Below are positions 21,367 through 31,197 of a stretch of DNA of 64,000 bases, piece by piece. Positions within the stretch are counted from its first letter, which is position 1; every line of letters starts with the position of its first letter. This DNA comes from an uncultured Chloroflexia bacterium (GTDB lineage Bacteria; Chloroflexota; Limnocylindria; Limnocylindrales; CSP1-4). Both the position numbers and the translations under genes were made by a program. Where the stretch lies: NCBI GenBank assembly GCA_963828165.1, contig CAWHDR010000001.1, forward strand, positions 2,464,001 to 2,528,000. Direction: 5' to 3'. The notes under the pieces were generated by a model. That model was not told the origin of the DNA. It saw nothing but the letters and a program-made list of their open reading frames with translations, and ran no database searches.

Positions 21367-22197
21367 TCAGGGCGACGCCGACGGTCCGGGATCGACGGCA
21401 TCCTCGGGCTCCAGCCGCAGCGTCGCGAGGATCTCGTCGAAATACGCTTCGTCGTATCCCGCGACGGCCGCCGGGTTGTCCCCGGATGTGTACAGCAGGA
21501 TCACGTAGCCTCGACCCCCGGCCGCCACCGCAGCGGTCGAACCACAGCGCCGTCCCTGGTTGCCATCGATCGTGACGGGCTCGATCGGTGGATCGCAGAA
21601 GTCATCCGCGCCGAGCACGGCCAGCGCGTCGTCGACCCACTGTGTTGCGGTCGTCCCGTCGGTCAGGGGCTGCGAGGCGACCACGATCCAGAGGCTGGAT
21701 TCGAGGACCGGGTCATAGATGATGTCGCCGGCCGTCGAGCCGAAGTCCGGGACGCCTGTCGTCCACGGGGAGGTCGCGGGTCGTGTCACCCAGCCAGTCG
21801 GGTACGAGATCGAGAAGCCACGCGCCGACGTGAATGTCTCCGTCAAGGCCGGAGGCGACTCGGGCGAGCTGCTCGGCGACGCACTGGGCGTCGGCGAGGG
21901 CGAGGGCGAACCGGACGGGCTGGCAGTGGGCTGACCGCCCACGCCGGACGGGGTCGAAGGCCTGAGCACGCTCAAGCCCACCGCCCCGACGGCGATCACG
22001 ACCACGGCCGCGATCGCTACCTTGGCAAAGCTGTTCATGTTCGTGAACCTCCACGGCACGCTGATGAGCACGCGCCGCTGTGGTGTTGCATCGATGGTTT
22101 CGAGGGTCGATGCGAGCAGCCAGTCAGGAGCTCGCTGCGGCGCCTCGGCCGCGTATTGGTCGGCGATCCGGCGTTCCAGGCTGTGGTTGGCAGTCAT
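21367..22197 (-). CDS. Single-pass membrane protein, putative anti-sigma factor
   Basis: ATGA-coupled to the ECF sigma; short cytoplasmic domain, TM, SP linker, extracellular domain. Confidence 0.7.
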   Translation of the reverse strand: MTANHSLERRIADQYAAEAPQRAPDWLLASTLETIDATPQRRVLISVPWRFTNMNSFAKVAIAAVVVIAVGAVGLSVLRPSTPSGVGGQPTASPSGSPSPSPTPSASPSSSPESPPALTETFTSARGFSISYPTGWVTRPATSPWTTGVPDFGSTAGDIIYDPVLESSLWIVVASQPLTDGTTATQWVDDALAVLGADDFCDPPIEPVTIDGNQGRRCGSTAAVAAGGRGYVILLYTSGDNPAAVAGYDEAYFDEILATLRLEPEDAVDPGPSASP

Positions 22198-22751
22198 GCC
22201 ATTCGGCCCTCCCGCTCGTCACCGATGGAGGACCGCTCTTCGGCGGCCATGACCGCCCGGAGCGCCTCGACGGCGTGGTGAAGCCGGGACTTGGCGGTCC
22301 CGACGGGGATCTCAAGAGCATCGGCCGCCTCGGTCGGAGTCAGGCCGACGTAGAAACTCAGGACGAGGATCGTCTGCTGCGCAGCGGTAAGCCGTCGCAA
22401 TCCGCGCTCGAGCTGGTCGCGGTCGGCGAGTGCCGACGTGCGATCCGACTCGAATGGCTCTTTGGGCATGATCGTGACCTCGGCTCGCCACCGTCGACGG
22501 TGACGGCCAACGTCGGTGCTCGCTCGGACGATCAGCCGGTACAGCCAGGCGTCAAACCGCTCGACGTCGCGAAGCGTCGGCAGATCGCGCCATGCCCGCA
22601 CCAGTGCATCTTGCGTCGCGTCCTCGGCGAGTTCGGTATCGCGGAGGATGAGACGAGCGATCGCGTACAACCGATCGACGGCGCCGGCAGCCAGCACGCC
22701 GAAGGCCTCACGGTCCCCGCGTCGCGCCCTGTCGACGAGCTCCGCCTGCAC
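22194..22751 (-). CDS. ECF sigma-70 family RNA polymerase sigma factor
   Basis: GDREAF, AEDATQDA, FDAWLYR, EAADALEIPVGTAKSRL. Confidence 0.93.
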   Translation of the reverse strand: MQAELVDRARRGDREAFGVLAAGAVDRLYAIARLILRDTELAEDATQDALVRAWRDLPTLRDVERFDAWLYRLIVRASTDVGRHRRRWRAEVTIMPKEPFESDRTSALADRDQLERGLRRLTAAQQTILVLSFYVGLTPTEAADALEIPVGTAKSRLHHAVEALRAVMAAEERSSIGDEREGRMA

Positions 22752-22897
22752 GCTTCGCTCCTTTACGGTGCGACCGATCTGGTCGCCTACACGTTATGGC
22801 GGAGTGCAGTCGTCACGGGTTCATTCTTCGCTCGGCACGCCCTCCTACGCTTCGAGATCGAAGCATTCGGCAGGCCCAAGCGGTGCCCGAGGCCGCC

Positions 22898-24574
22898 TCA
22901 GGCGACGAGGCGCTTGTACCGGATCCGGTGCGGCTGGTCGGCGGCGGTGCCCAGCTCCTTGTGCCGGAACGCCTCGTAGTCGGAGACGTTGCCCTCGAAC
23001 CAGCGGACCTGACTGTCGCCCTCGAAGGCGAGGATGTGGGTCGCGATCCGGTCCAGGAACCAGCGATCGTGGCTGATGACGACGACGCAGCCCGGGAAAG
23101 ACTCCAAGCCGGCCTCAAGGGCGCGGAGCGTGTCCACATCCAGGTCGTTTGTGGGTTCGTCGAGCAGCAGGGTGTTCCCGCCGGACTGGAGCAGCTTCGC
23201 CAGGTGAACCCGGTTCCGCTCGCCACCGGACAGCTGGCCGACCAGCTTCTGCTGATCCGTGCCGCGGAAGTTGAACGACGACACGTACGCCCGAGCCGGG
23301 AGCTCGCGCTTGCCCACGGTGATGATCTCCGCGCCCTGGGTGATCTCCTGGAAGACCGTCTTGTCGGCGTCGAGGTCGTCGCGGCTCTGGTCCACGTAAC
23401 TCAGCTGGACGGTGTCGCCGATCGTGATCGTTCCGGCGTCGGGCGCCTCCTGGCCGACGAGCATCCGGAACAGGGTCGTCTTGCCGGCGCCGTTGGGCCC
23501 GATGATCCCCACGATGCCGGCCCGCGGCAGCGAGAACGTCAGGTCCTCGATGAGCAGCCGGTCGCCGTAGCCCTTGCGCAGGTCCTTGACCTCGATGACC
23601 TGGTCGCCGAGTCGCGGCCCGGGCGGGATCGCGATCTCGAGCTCGCGGGTCGTGTCCTTGGCGTCGTTCGCCTCGGCGAGCAGCCGCTCGTAGGCCGAGA
23701 GTCGGGCCTTGCCCTTCGCCTGGCGGGCCTTGGCGCCCATCCGCACCCATTCGAGCTCGCGCGCGAGCGTGCGCTGCCGCGCGTCGGCCGTCTTGTTCTC
23801 GCGGGCCAGGCGCTCGAGCTTCTGCTCCAGCCAGCTCGAGTAGTTGCCGCTGAACGGGATCCCGCGGCCGCGATCGAGCTCGAGGATCCACTTGGCGACG
23901 TTGTCGAGGAAGTAGCGGTCGTGGGTGATCGCGACGACCGTGCCCGCGTACTCGTCGAGGAAGCGCTCGAGCCATTCGACCGACTCGGCATCGAGGTGGT
24001 TCGTCGGCTCGTCGAGCAGGAGCAGGTCGGGGTGCTGGAGCAGGAGCCGCGCGAGCGCCACGCGACGCTTTTCGCCACCGGACAGGGTCGTAACATCGGC
24101 GTCGTCGGGCGGGCAGCGCAGCGCGTCCATCGCGATGTCGACGTTGCGCTCGACGTTCCAGGCGTCGGCGGCGTTGATCTTGTCCTCGAGCGCGCTCTGC
24201 TCCTTGCCGATCGCGTCGTAGTCGGCGTCCGGGTCGGACCACTTCGCCATGACGGCGTTGTACTGATCGATGAGGCCCTGGACCTCGCCGACGCCATCGA
24301 GCACGTTGCCCTTGACGTCCTTGGTCGGGTCGAGCTGGGGCTCCTGGCTCAGGTAGCCCACGGTGAAGCCGGGCGTGAGGCGAGCCTCGCCCGTGAACCC
24401 GTCATCGAGCCCGGCCATGATCCGCAGCAGGCTCGATTTGCCGGCGCCATTCGGCCCGATGACGCCGATCTTGGCGCCCGGGTAGAACGAGATCGAGATG
24501 TCCTCGAGCACGGTTCGGTCCGGCGGGTAGTGCCGGGCGAGCTTGTACGCGGTGTAGATGAATTCGGCTGGCAT
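22898..24574 (-). CDS. ettA: Energy-dependent translational throttle ABC-F protein
   Basis: ISFYPGAKIGVIGPNGAGKS, two ABC domains, ELEWVRMG.KARQAKGKARL, HRIRYKRL end; 558 aa. Confidence 0.95.
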   Translation of the reverse strand: MPAEFIYTAYKLARHYPPDRTVLEDISISFYPGAKIGVIGPNGAGKSSLLRIMAGLDDGFTGEARLTPGFTVGYLSQEPQLDPTKDVKGNVLDGVGEVQGLIDQYNAVMAKWSDPDADYDAIGKEQSALEDKINAADAWNVERNVDIAMDALRCPPDDADVTTLSGGEKRRVALARLLLQHPDLLLLDEPTNHLDAESVEWLERFLDEYAGTVVAITHDRYFLDNVAKWILELDRGRGIPFSGNYSSWLEQKLERLARENKTADARQRTLARELEWVRMGAKARQAKGKARLSAYERLLAEANDAKDTTRELEIAIPPGPRLGDQVIEVKDLRKGYGDRLLIEDLTFSLPRAGIVGIIGPNGAGKTTLFRMLVGQEAPDAGTITIGDTVQLSYVDQSRDDLDADKTVFQEITQGAEIITVGKRELPARAYVSSFNFRGTDQQKLVGQLSGGERNRVHLAKLLQSGGNTLLLDEPTNDLDVDTLRALEAGLESFPGCVVVISHDRWFLDRIATHILAFEGDSQVRWFEGNVSDYEAFRHKELGTAADQPHRIRYKRLVA

Positions 24575-24601
24575 GGTCGGTAAGGGTAGCGGTGGCGGCC
24601 G

Positions 24602-25714
24602 TTACCCGGCGTCGACCGGCGTCCCGCGTCGAAGCCGTTCCATGACTTCCGGGGTGCGGAGTGGTAACGGATCGAGGCGAGGCCCGGACAGATACCTTCG
24701 CCCACGATTCTCACCTTCTCTCCGCAGCCAGCCGGCGGCGACGGCTGCTGCAAGCATCGCTCGGACCCGGGGCGTCGACAACTCGAGGGGCCCGGCGAGG
24801 CTCGTGGTCCTGACTGGCGCGATCCTGGACGCGAGCAGGATCGGAGCCCACGTGAGTGGCTCGCCCGCTCGATCGAGCTCCATCATCAGGAGGCCGATGT
24901 CCTGTTCGATCGCGGCATCGATCCGTGTGCGGAGGGCCAGTCGATCGACAGAGATGCCGGCGAAGTATTCGAGCCAGACCGTGGCCGAATGGCGGTCAGG
25001 TTGGTAGGCCGGCCCGTGCGTTTCCTGGAGGGCGGCGATGTACGAAGCAGGATCGGCACGGATCACACTTTCGATATTCACGAGTTCGGGTGCGGCGATC
25101 CCGCGACGCATCAAGATGAGCGAGCCCACGACGCGAGAAGTGCGGCCGTTGCCGTTGAGCCATGGATGGATGGAAACCACATTGAGGTGTGCCAATCCGG
25201 CACGAACCAAGGTGTGGTCGCCATCTTCGTTGCGGAGCCATTCGACAAGCTCGGACATCAGATTCGGCACGACAAGGTGGTCGGGAGGCGCATAGACGCC
25301 ACCGACGGTCACAGGTTCGCGACGGTACTCACCACGTTCGTCGTCTTCGAGCCCGGCCAGGATCTCCGCGTTCAGGCGCCGAAGCAGCTCCTGCGACCAC
25401 TCGAAGTCGCCGCGGAGGGCAGCCCTGTTCGCGATATCGAGCGCCGCGTTGTAGTTCTGAACATCGCGGATATCGGCCGGATCAGCGCGGATCGAGCCCC
25501 CGGCCAGGACATTCTCGACCTGCTCGGCGGATAGGGGATTGCCTTCGATCCCGGTGCTCCCGGCGACGGTGGCGCTTCGTGCGGATGGCCAAACCGCAAG
25601 GTTCGTCCACCGGTGGAGGGCGGGCGGGCCTTCGGCGGCGATCGACTCATCCCAGGTTCGGAGCAAGGCATCGAGCGCAGCTGTGCGCCGGTAGGTGACA
25701 TGAAGTTCAGACAT
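24602..25714 (-). CDS. Fic family protein with C-terminal wHTH-like region
   Basis: HPWLNGNGRTSR active-site motif and STGIEGN inhibitory motif. Confidence 0.88.
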   Translation of the reverse strand: MSELHVTYRRTAALDALLRTWDESIAAEGPPALHRWTNLAVWPSARSATVAGSTGIEGNPLSAEQVENVLAGGSIRADPADIRDVQNYNAALDIANRAALRGDFEWSQELLRRLNAEILAGLEDDERGEYRREPVTVGGVYAPPDHLVVPNLMSELVEWLRNEDGDHTLVRAGLAHLNVVSIHPWLNGNGRTSRVVGSLILMRRGIAAPELVNIESVIRADPASYIAALQETHGPAYQPDRHSATVWLEYFAGISVDRLALRTRIDAAIEQDIGLLMMELDRAGEPLTWAPILLASRIAPVRTTSLAGPLELSTPRVRAMLAAAVAAGWLRREGENRGRRYLSGPRLDPLPLRTPEVMERLRRGTPVDAG

Positions 25715-25825
25715 ATCGCTTGGTTCTCGAGCGAATCTATTCGTTTCAGAGTCGCACAGTATCGATTGGATTGCAAGCGATAGCGGTGCGACTGAGTCGC
25801 CCGGTCGGATGCCGGCTGCCTCGGA

Positions 25826-25893
25826 AGTTTGTGCCACAAACTAGTTGACAGATGTGGCACGACCCGGTATGGTTTGCCTCGTCAACTAGTTTG
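25826..25893 (+). promoter_or_regulatory. Sigma70 promoter flanked by palindromic operator candidates
   Basis: TTGACA (25845)-N17-TATGGT (25868); AGTTTG-N5-CAAACT at 25826-25842; 13-bp inverted repeat 25837-25849/25881-25893. Confidence 0.75.
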
Positions 25894-25909
25894 GAGCAAA
25901 GGGAACACC

Positions 25910-26515
25910 ATGGAACGCCGACAGCTCGAGGCCGCGGCCGCCAACTATCCATACCTGCAGGGTCTGTGGGCCATCCCACTCGGGATCGGGATGATCCTCG
26001 CCGGCATCTCGAACCTGCAAAACCGACCGACCGGGCCGCTGATGCTCCCCATCATCATCAGCGGGCTGGCGATCGCGGCAGGAGTGGCGCTGTTGATCGG
26101 CCGCTACTACCGCGACCGCTACGGCTCGGTCACGCCGACCCGCGACCGAACCATTCGCCAGGCCCTGGCGATCGGCACCTGGATCGCGATCCTCTTCGTC
26201 GGCGCCAACGACGCGCTCCTCTGGTCACCAGACGGACCGCAATGCATCTACGCCTCCGCGTTCGCGCTGGGGATCCTGGCCTACTACGCGATCCTCGTCG
26301 GTCTGCGCGCCCACCACGTGATCATCTGGGGCGCCGTCTTCGTCGCCGGCCTGCTTCCGATCTGGGGCGGCCTCGGCGCCGACCGGGACCCGCTGGCGAT
26401 GATCCCGCTGGGCCTCTTGCTGATGGTCTCCGGCGTGCTGGACCAACGGCTGCTGGCCCGATCGTTCCGACCGTCCGGCAGCGAGCAGCTCGAGAGCAGT
26501 CGTGTCGGAGGGTAA
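25910..26515 (+). CDS. Hypothetical multi-pass membrane protein
   Basis: About six hydrophobic segments; ATG at 25910 after the promoter. Confidence 0.75.
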   Translation: MERRQLEAAAANYPYLQGLWAIPLGIGMILAGISNLQNRPTGPLMLPIIISGLAIAAGVALLIGRYYRDRYGSVTPTRDRTIRQALAIGTWIAILFVGANDALLWSPDGPQCIYASAFALGILAYYAILVGLRAHHVIIWGAVFVAGLLPIWGGLGADRDPLAMIPLGLLLMVSGVLDQRLLARSFRPSGSEQLESSRVGG

Positions 26516-26819
26516 CGAGGTCGTCCTGGACCGGCTCATCCACGAGCCGGCCAGGCTGGCGATCCTGACGATGCTGTCGTCGGTCGCAGCGGCCGATTTC
26601 GTGTTCCTGCAGCGTTCGACCGGGCTGACCCAGGGCAACCTCTCGAGCCACCTCACGAAATTGGAGGAGGCCGGTCTGGTCCGGATCGAGAAGTCGTTCG
26701 TGGGCAAGCGCCCGAATACCAACGTCGCGCTCACCTCGACCGGCAAGAAGCGGATCGCGGCCCACTGGGACCAGCTGGACCAGCTGAAACGACGCGCGGG
26801 AGCTTCGAGCGGGGCGTAG
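26502..26819 (+). CDS. Winged-helix transcriptional regulator (HTH_34/ArsR-like)
   Basis: LDRLIHEPARLAIL, TGLTQGNLSSHLTKLEEAG. Confidence 0.9.
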   Translation: MSEGNEVVLDRLIHEPARLAILTMLSSVAAADFVFLQRSTGLTQGNLSSHLTKLEEAGLVRIEKSFVGKRPNTNVALTSTGKKRIAAHWDQLDQLKRRAGASSGA

Positions 26820-26841
26820 CGCCGCCTGTACCATCGCGCTC

Positions 26842-27477
26842 GTGCAGAGGAACCGGATCCTGACCGTCATACGGACCGTCTCGCTGGTCCTCGTGGTGGC
26901 GGCGATCGTCGCGCAGGCGATCGAGCTCGCGAACCACGGCCTTCTCGATCCGACCAGGTTCTTCGCGTACTTCACGATCCAGAGCAATCTCATCGGTGTC
27001 GTCGCGTTCGCTTGGCTGGTCCTGGGGCGGGGCGCGGCCCGGTCGCGCGGGCTCGAGCTCCTTCGCGGCGCCGCAGCCGTCTACCTGACGGTCACGTTCT
27101 TCGTGGTCATCTTCCTGTTGTCGGGCATCGACGTAGGGCTGCAGCTCGGCTGGGTCGATTTCGTGCTCCACAAGCTCTTCCCGGTCGTCGTCGTGCTGGA
27201 CTGGATCGTGGATCCGCCGACCGTGCGCCTGTCCCCGCGAGATGCGATCACGTGGCTCGTGTACCCGCTCATCTGGACCGGGTTGACGCTGGTTCGCGGG
27301 GCGGCTGACGGCTGGTATCCGTACCCGTTCCTCGATCCGGCCAACGGTGGCTACGGCCAGGTGGTCGTCACGGCCGTTGCGGTGACGATCGGGTTCTTCG
27401 TGATCTCGCTCGCCATGATCTGGGTCGGGAACGCTCGGAGGGGCCCCGACATCGATTCGAACGGCGTGGCACCCTGA
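26842..27477 (+). CDS. Pr6Pr (FAR-17a/AIG1-like) family membrane protein
   Basis: FFAYFTIQSN, LH...P, RGA..GWYPYPFLDP. Confidence 0.85.
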   Translation: MQRNRILTVIRTVSLVLVVAAIVAQAIELANHGLLDPTRFFAYFTIQSNLIGVVAFAWLVLGRGAARSRGLELLRGAAAVYLTVTFFVVIFLLSGIDVGLQLGWVDFVLHKLFPVVVVLDWIVDPPTVRLSPRDAITWLVYPLIWTGLTLVRGAADGWYPYPFLDPANGGYGQVVVTAVAVTIGFFVISLAMIWVGNARRGPDIDSNGVAP

Positions 27478-27483
27478 ACCGCG

Positions 27484-28085
27484 ATGACCGACCACGATCA
27501 CGAGCATCACCACGAACATGTCCCCGTCGCGTACAAGGACGCGGTCGAGGGCTTCCGACTCGACAAGGACGAGTTCTTCAAGACGATGGCCGGCAGTCCG
27601 ATTCCCGAGGCCGAGCGCGCCGCCTTCGAAGGGCTGCCGTACTACCCGGTCGACGAGGCACTCGTCTTCGACGACGGGTTCTCGAGCCGTACACGGGGGA
27701 CGAGCCATCGAACTTCCAGATCCCGACCTCGGATGGGAAGCTCCGGCCGGCCCATCGGGCCGGGATCCTGCGCTTCGAGCTGGGTGGCGCACCGCGCCAG
27801 CTCACGGCCTACACCTTCGACGGCGGAGACGGCGAGTCGCTCTTCGTCCCGTTCCTCGACCAGACGAGCGGCAAGGAGACCTACGGCGCGGGCCGCTATC
27901 TCGACCTCGAGCCCGAGCTGGACGGCACGTACTCGCTCGACTTCAACCTCGCCTACCACCCGTCGTGCGTGTACGACGCGAAGTTCTCGTGCCCGCTGAC
28001 GCCAGCCGAGAACCGGCTGCCGGTCCGGATCGAGGCAGGGGAGCGCCTGGCGCCGGACGGCGGCGAGTCGGCGACTCGGGCCTAG
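27484..28085 (+). CDS. DUF1684 family protein; frameshift ~27680
   Basis: KDEFFK..SPIP, GLPYYP, then FLDQTSGKETYGAGRYLD, DFNLAYHPSCVY...SCPL.P.ENRL in the shifted frame. Confidence 0.88.
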
Positions 28086-28651
28086 TCGGCGCGCGCGTAA
28101 TCCAGAAGCACGGCCCCCGACGGGAACGTCCGAGTCCCCGTCAGCCGCAGGTGGAGCGGCTCCTTGAGCGACCCGAACATCGACTTGCCCTGGCCGATCG
28201 CCATCGGGTGGATGAGGAACCGGTAGTCATCGATGAGGCCGGCGTCGCTGAGCGTCGCGAACAGGTCTGCGCCGCCGGCGACCGCGATCAGCGGGCCGTC
28301 GCCCGCCTTCATCGCGCGGACCGCCTCGACGACGTCACCCTCCACGAGCGTGGCGTTGGGCCGAAGGTCCGGCCGGCCGCGCGAGACCACGCGCTTGGGC
28401 GTCTCACGCCAGAAGATCGCGAACTCGCGCTCGACATCGGTCGTCGCCGGGTCGTCGATGTCGAGTTCGTCCCAGTAGTCCATCACGCCGTACATGACCC
28501 GGCCCATGACCTCGTCGCCGGTGTCGCGCATCAGTTCGTTGGCGAAGCGATGCACATCCTCGGCGGGTTCGAAGTCGGCGAGGCCGCCCTCGGGGTCGGC
28601 GTACATCCCATCGGCCGTCAGGTTGATGAAGAACACGACCCGCCGCGTCAT
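28082..28651 (-). CDS. Dihydrofolate reductase-like (RibD_C) protein
   Basis: NLTADG, MGRVMY, GGADL, GLIDDYRFLIHP.AIGQG. Confidence 0.88.
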   Translation of the reverse strand: MTRRVVFFINLTADGMYADPEGGLADFEPAEDVHRFANELMRDTGDEVMGRVMYGVMDYWDELDIDDPATTDVEREFAIFWRETPKRVVSRGRPDLRPNATLVEGDVVEAVRAMKAGDGPLIAVAGGADLFATLSDAGLIDDYRFLIHPMAIGQGKSMFGSLKEPLHLRLTGTRTFPSGAVLLDYARAD

Positions 28652-29004
28652 GCGATACCCGCCTTCTTGTCGAGGACCTGGAGCAGGTCGTGGGCAGCGA
28701 GCTCGACCGCCTTATGGCGCCACTCGGCGGCGCGGAAGTGGCAGGCGATGATCCCGGATCGATGGACCCGCTTGAAGTCCCCGACCACGAACGCGTAGCG
28801 GCCCTTGGTCTCGTCGGTCGCCCCGTCGGTGAGGCCGACGTGCCACCCGGCGTAGTCGTCCCAGGAGTGCTTCGCAAGGTACGCGTTCTCGTCGTCGGCG
28901 CTTGGCTGGGACTCGCCCCAGTCGCTGTCGAGCACGTACTGGCGCGCTTCGATGAGCTTCTTGATGTTCGCGACGGCCTGCTTGTTTAGGGTGTAGCTAG
29001 CCAT
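28648..29004 (-). CDS. Conserved hypothetical protein
   Basis: Clean ORF with protein-like composition (ETKGRYAF..GDFKRVHRSG); ATGA-coupled to the next gene. Confidence 0.75.
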   Translation of the reverse strand: MASYTLNKQAVANIKKLIEARQYVLDSDWGESQPSADDENAYLAKHSWDDYAGWHVGLTDGATDETKGRYAFVVGDFKRVHRSGIIACHFRAAEWRHKAVELAAHDLLQVLDKKAGIA

Positions 29005-29140
29005 GTGCCGATTATCGACGGTTGGAGAGTCCGGCATATCGTTGCGTTGCTCGGGAGCACAAACCGGACTTTGGTCCTACTCCTTCCGGGTCAGGACCCC
29101 CCGTACCATCCGGCCACGCACTCATGAAGGAGTCCGGGGA

Positions 29141-29629
29141 ATGAATAGAACCATCAGGGCCGCACTCGCGGCGCTCGCACTCACCGCCATCGCCGTCGCG
29201 CCGGCATTTGCCGCCAAGCCACTCGTCGAGACAAACGAAGAGAGCGGCACGTTTCTCATCCCGTGCGGGACCGTTACCCTGGTCGAGGAGTGGAGGCAGT
29301 CGGTCGTCCTGACGACCTGGCTCGACGGCACCGGCGACCCGACACGCGCTCATGCTCGCGTTCGGTTCGACGGGAAGATCACCGCACCCGGATCGACGCT
29401 TCGCCTGTCCGATGTCGGCCGGTTCACGAGCTTCATCGACTTCGGGCCTGACGGCGCGACCGAGCGCCAGGTCGGCCTCGTTTACAAGTTCAGTGCGCCG
29501 GGCCTCGGCGTCGTCGCCCACGACGTCGGCCAGATCACGTTCTTCCCGGATGGGTCGGTCGAGACCAAGGGACCGCACGACGTGTGGGACAACGGCCTCG
29601 AGGCGCTGATCTGCCCGCTCTTCGAGTAA
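29141..29629 (+). CDS. Secreted hypothetical protein
   Basis: AAGGAG RBS, signal peptide ending APAFA, two Cys. Confidence 0.7.
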   Translation: MNRTIRAALAALALTAIAVAPAFAAKPLVETNEESGTFLIPCGTVTLVEEWRQSVVLTTWLDGTGDPTRAHARVRFDGKITAPGSTLRLSDVGRFTSFIDFGPDGATERQVGLVYKFSAPGLGVVAHDVGQITFFPDGSVETKGPHDVWDNGLEALICPLFE

Positions 29630-29691
29630 CGATGCCGGCGGCGGCCACGGCGCGGTAAGCGGCGGTGGGCGGCGGCCCGCGGCGAGGCGGC

Positions 29692-31011
29692 TCAGTAGCC
29701 GACGGGCGCTTCGGGCCAGGGCTTCTGATACTCGACGCGGTCGAACTCCTCCTGCGCCGACGACAGCTCCTTGGCCCACCGCCCGATGATCGAGTCCGCG
29801 TCCTCGCAGTCCTCTCCGACCAGCCGCCGGTTCAGGCGCTCGAGGCTGTCGAGCGTGATGTCGACATGGCCGGCCTCGTGGTCACGGATGAACACGACGA
29901 TGTCGCGCCACCACGCGAGCAGCCGCTTGGGCACGCGTTTGGGTGCCACCCAGCGCGGCATGTGGACGGCGAACTTGCCCCGGACCGTCGCCTTCGAGAT
30001 CGTGCATTCCCCGCTGCTGACGCGCTGGTCGATGGCGTCCTCGATACCCGGGAACGCCGTGATCGTGCAGGCGGCCGGCCGGGCATCGCCCTCGTGCCAT
30101 TCGTAATTGATCGCGCCGCAGGACTGCACGCCGCCTTTCGCGAGGCTGGCGGCAAGCTCGGCGACCGTGTCGCCTTCGATCTCGAAGTAGACGACCTCGG
30201 CGCCGTTGACCTTGACGCTGATCGGTGGCAGGTTCGCGACGCCACCGGCCGTGTTCGGCGGAAGCTCGACGTCGGGCAGCGGATCGTCGCGCACGGCGAC
30301 CGCCTCGCGACGGCCGCTGAGCTCGTACGCCGCCGTTTGCGCGACGCAACCGGCAGCGGAACCGATCGAGGTCGGCGCGAGGTCCAGCTCCAGGGAGCCG
30401 CGCATCTCGGTCGTCTCGACCGCTGATCCTGAGGCCCGGACCGTCGACAGCCACAGGCGCATGACCGAGGTGACCCGTGCGCCACCACGGATGGCGTCCC
30501 CATCCTCGTCCAGACAGGGACCCTCGTTCTCCTCCTGGGCCGCCGACACGTAGCGGTTCCCATCGCGTTCGAGCGTAGCGATCGAGACCGGCTTGCTGCG
30601 ACCAAGCGGCGTCATCCGGACTTCGATCGACGAGCAGGGCTCGTCGTCACAATCGGGCGTGACGGTGTAGGCCTCCTCGTCGAAAGCCGCTCCCGGGACC
30701 AGCGCGGATCGATCGTCGAGTGACAGGATCTTGCGGATGCGCCAGACGCCGCCGACAGGGCCGAGCTCCGCGACGGGCTCGTCTGACGCGGACGGCGTCG
30801 GGGCGGTGCGCGGGGAAGCGGCGGCGGTCGGGCTGGGCGCGACGTTCGCGGTGGTCGGCGATGGGGTCGCGGAGGGTGCCGGGGCGCCCTGGCAGGCCAC
30901 GGCGATCACCAGGGTAAGCGCCAGGCCCATCTGGTACGTCGCCGCGCGGCGCGTCACCGATCGCCGGATGTTGGTCCGCGAGCCCGACCGGATGCCTCCA
31001 CCCCACAGCAT
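29692..31011 (-). CDS. Lipoprotein with C-terminal DUF922-like putative Zn protease domain; start uncertain
   Basis: AVAC lipobox, YFEIEG, HMPRW, HEAGH (HExxH). Confidence 0.7.
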   Translation of the reverse strand: MLWGGGIRSGSRTNIRRSVTRRAATYQMGLALTLVIAVACQGAPAPSATPSPTTANVAPSPTAAASPRTAPTPSASDEPVAELGPVGGVWRIRKILSLDDRSALVPGAAFDEEAYTVTPDCDDEPCSSIEVRMTPLGRSKPVSIATLERDGNRYVSAAQEENEGPCLDEDGDAIRGGARVTSVMRLWLSTVRASGSAVETTEMRGSLELDLAPTSIGSAAGCVAQTAAYELSGRREAVAVRDDPLPDVELPPNTAGGVANLPPISVKVNGAEVVYFEIEGDTVAELAASLAKGGVQSCGAINYEWHEGDARPAACTITAFPGIEDAIDQRVSSGECTISKATVRGKFAVHMPRWVAPKRVPKRLLAWWRDIVVFIRDHEAGHVDITLDSLERLNRRLVGEDCEDADSIIGRWAKELSSAQEEFDRVEYQKPWPEAPVGY

Positions 31012-31197
31012 CGACGCATCCTACGGCCGGTGCCGTCGACATGCAGCCATCGGCATGGGTGCTTCAGCGAGCGAATGGTGCGCAGGCGCAACGCCCAGCT
31101 ACCACCTCGGGCGTAGAATCACTGCGACTCCCGACCCGCCCACGAGTCGAGGCGCATCGCTTCCTCGGACGGGCCGAGCATGGCAGGAGGGCCGCTC

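Noticed and set aside
22796-24583. Long antisense and alternative-frame ORFs (e.g. opposite ettA, moxR, deaD)
   Set aside because: Expected in high-GC DNA where stop codons are rare; they lack motifs and mirror real genes.
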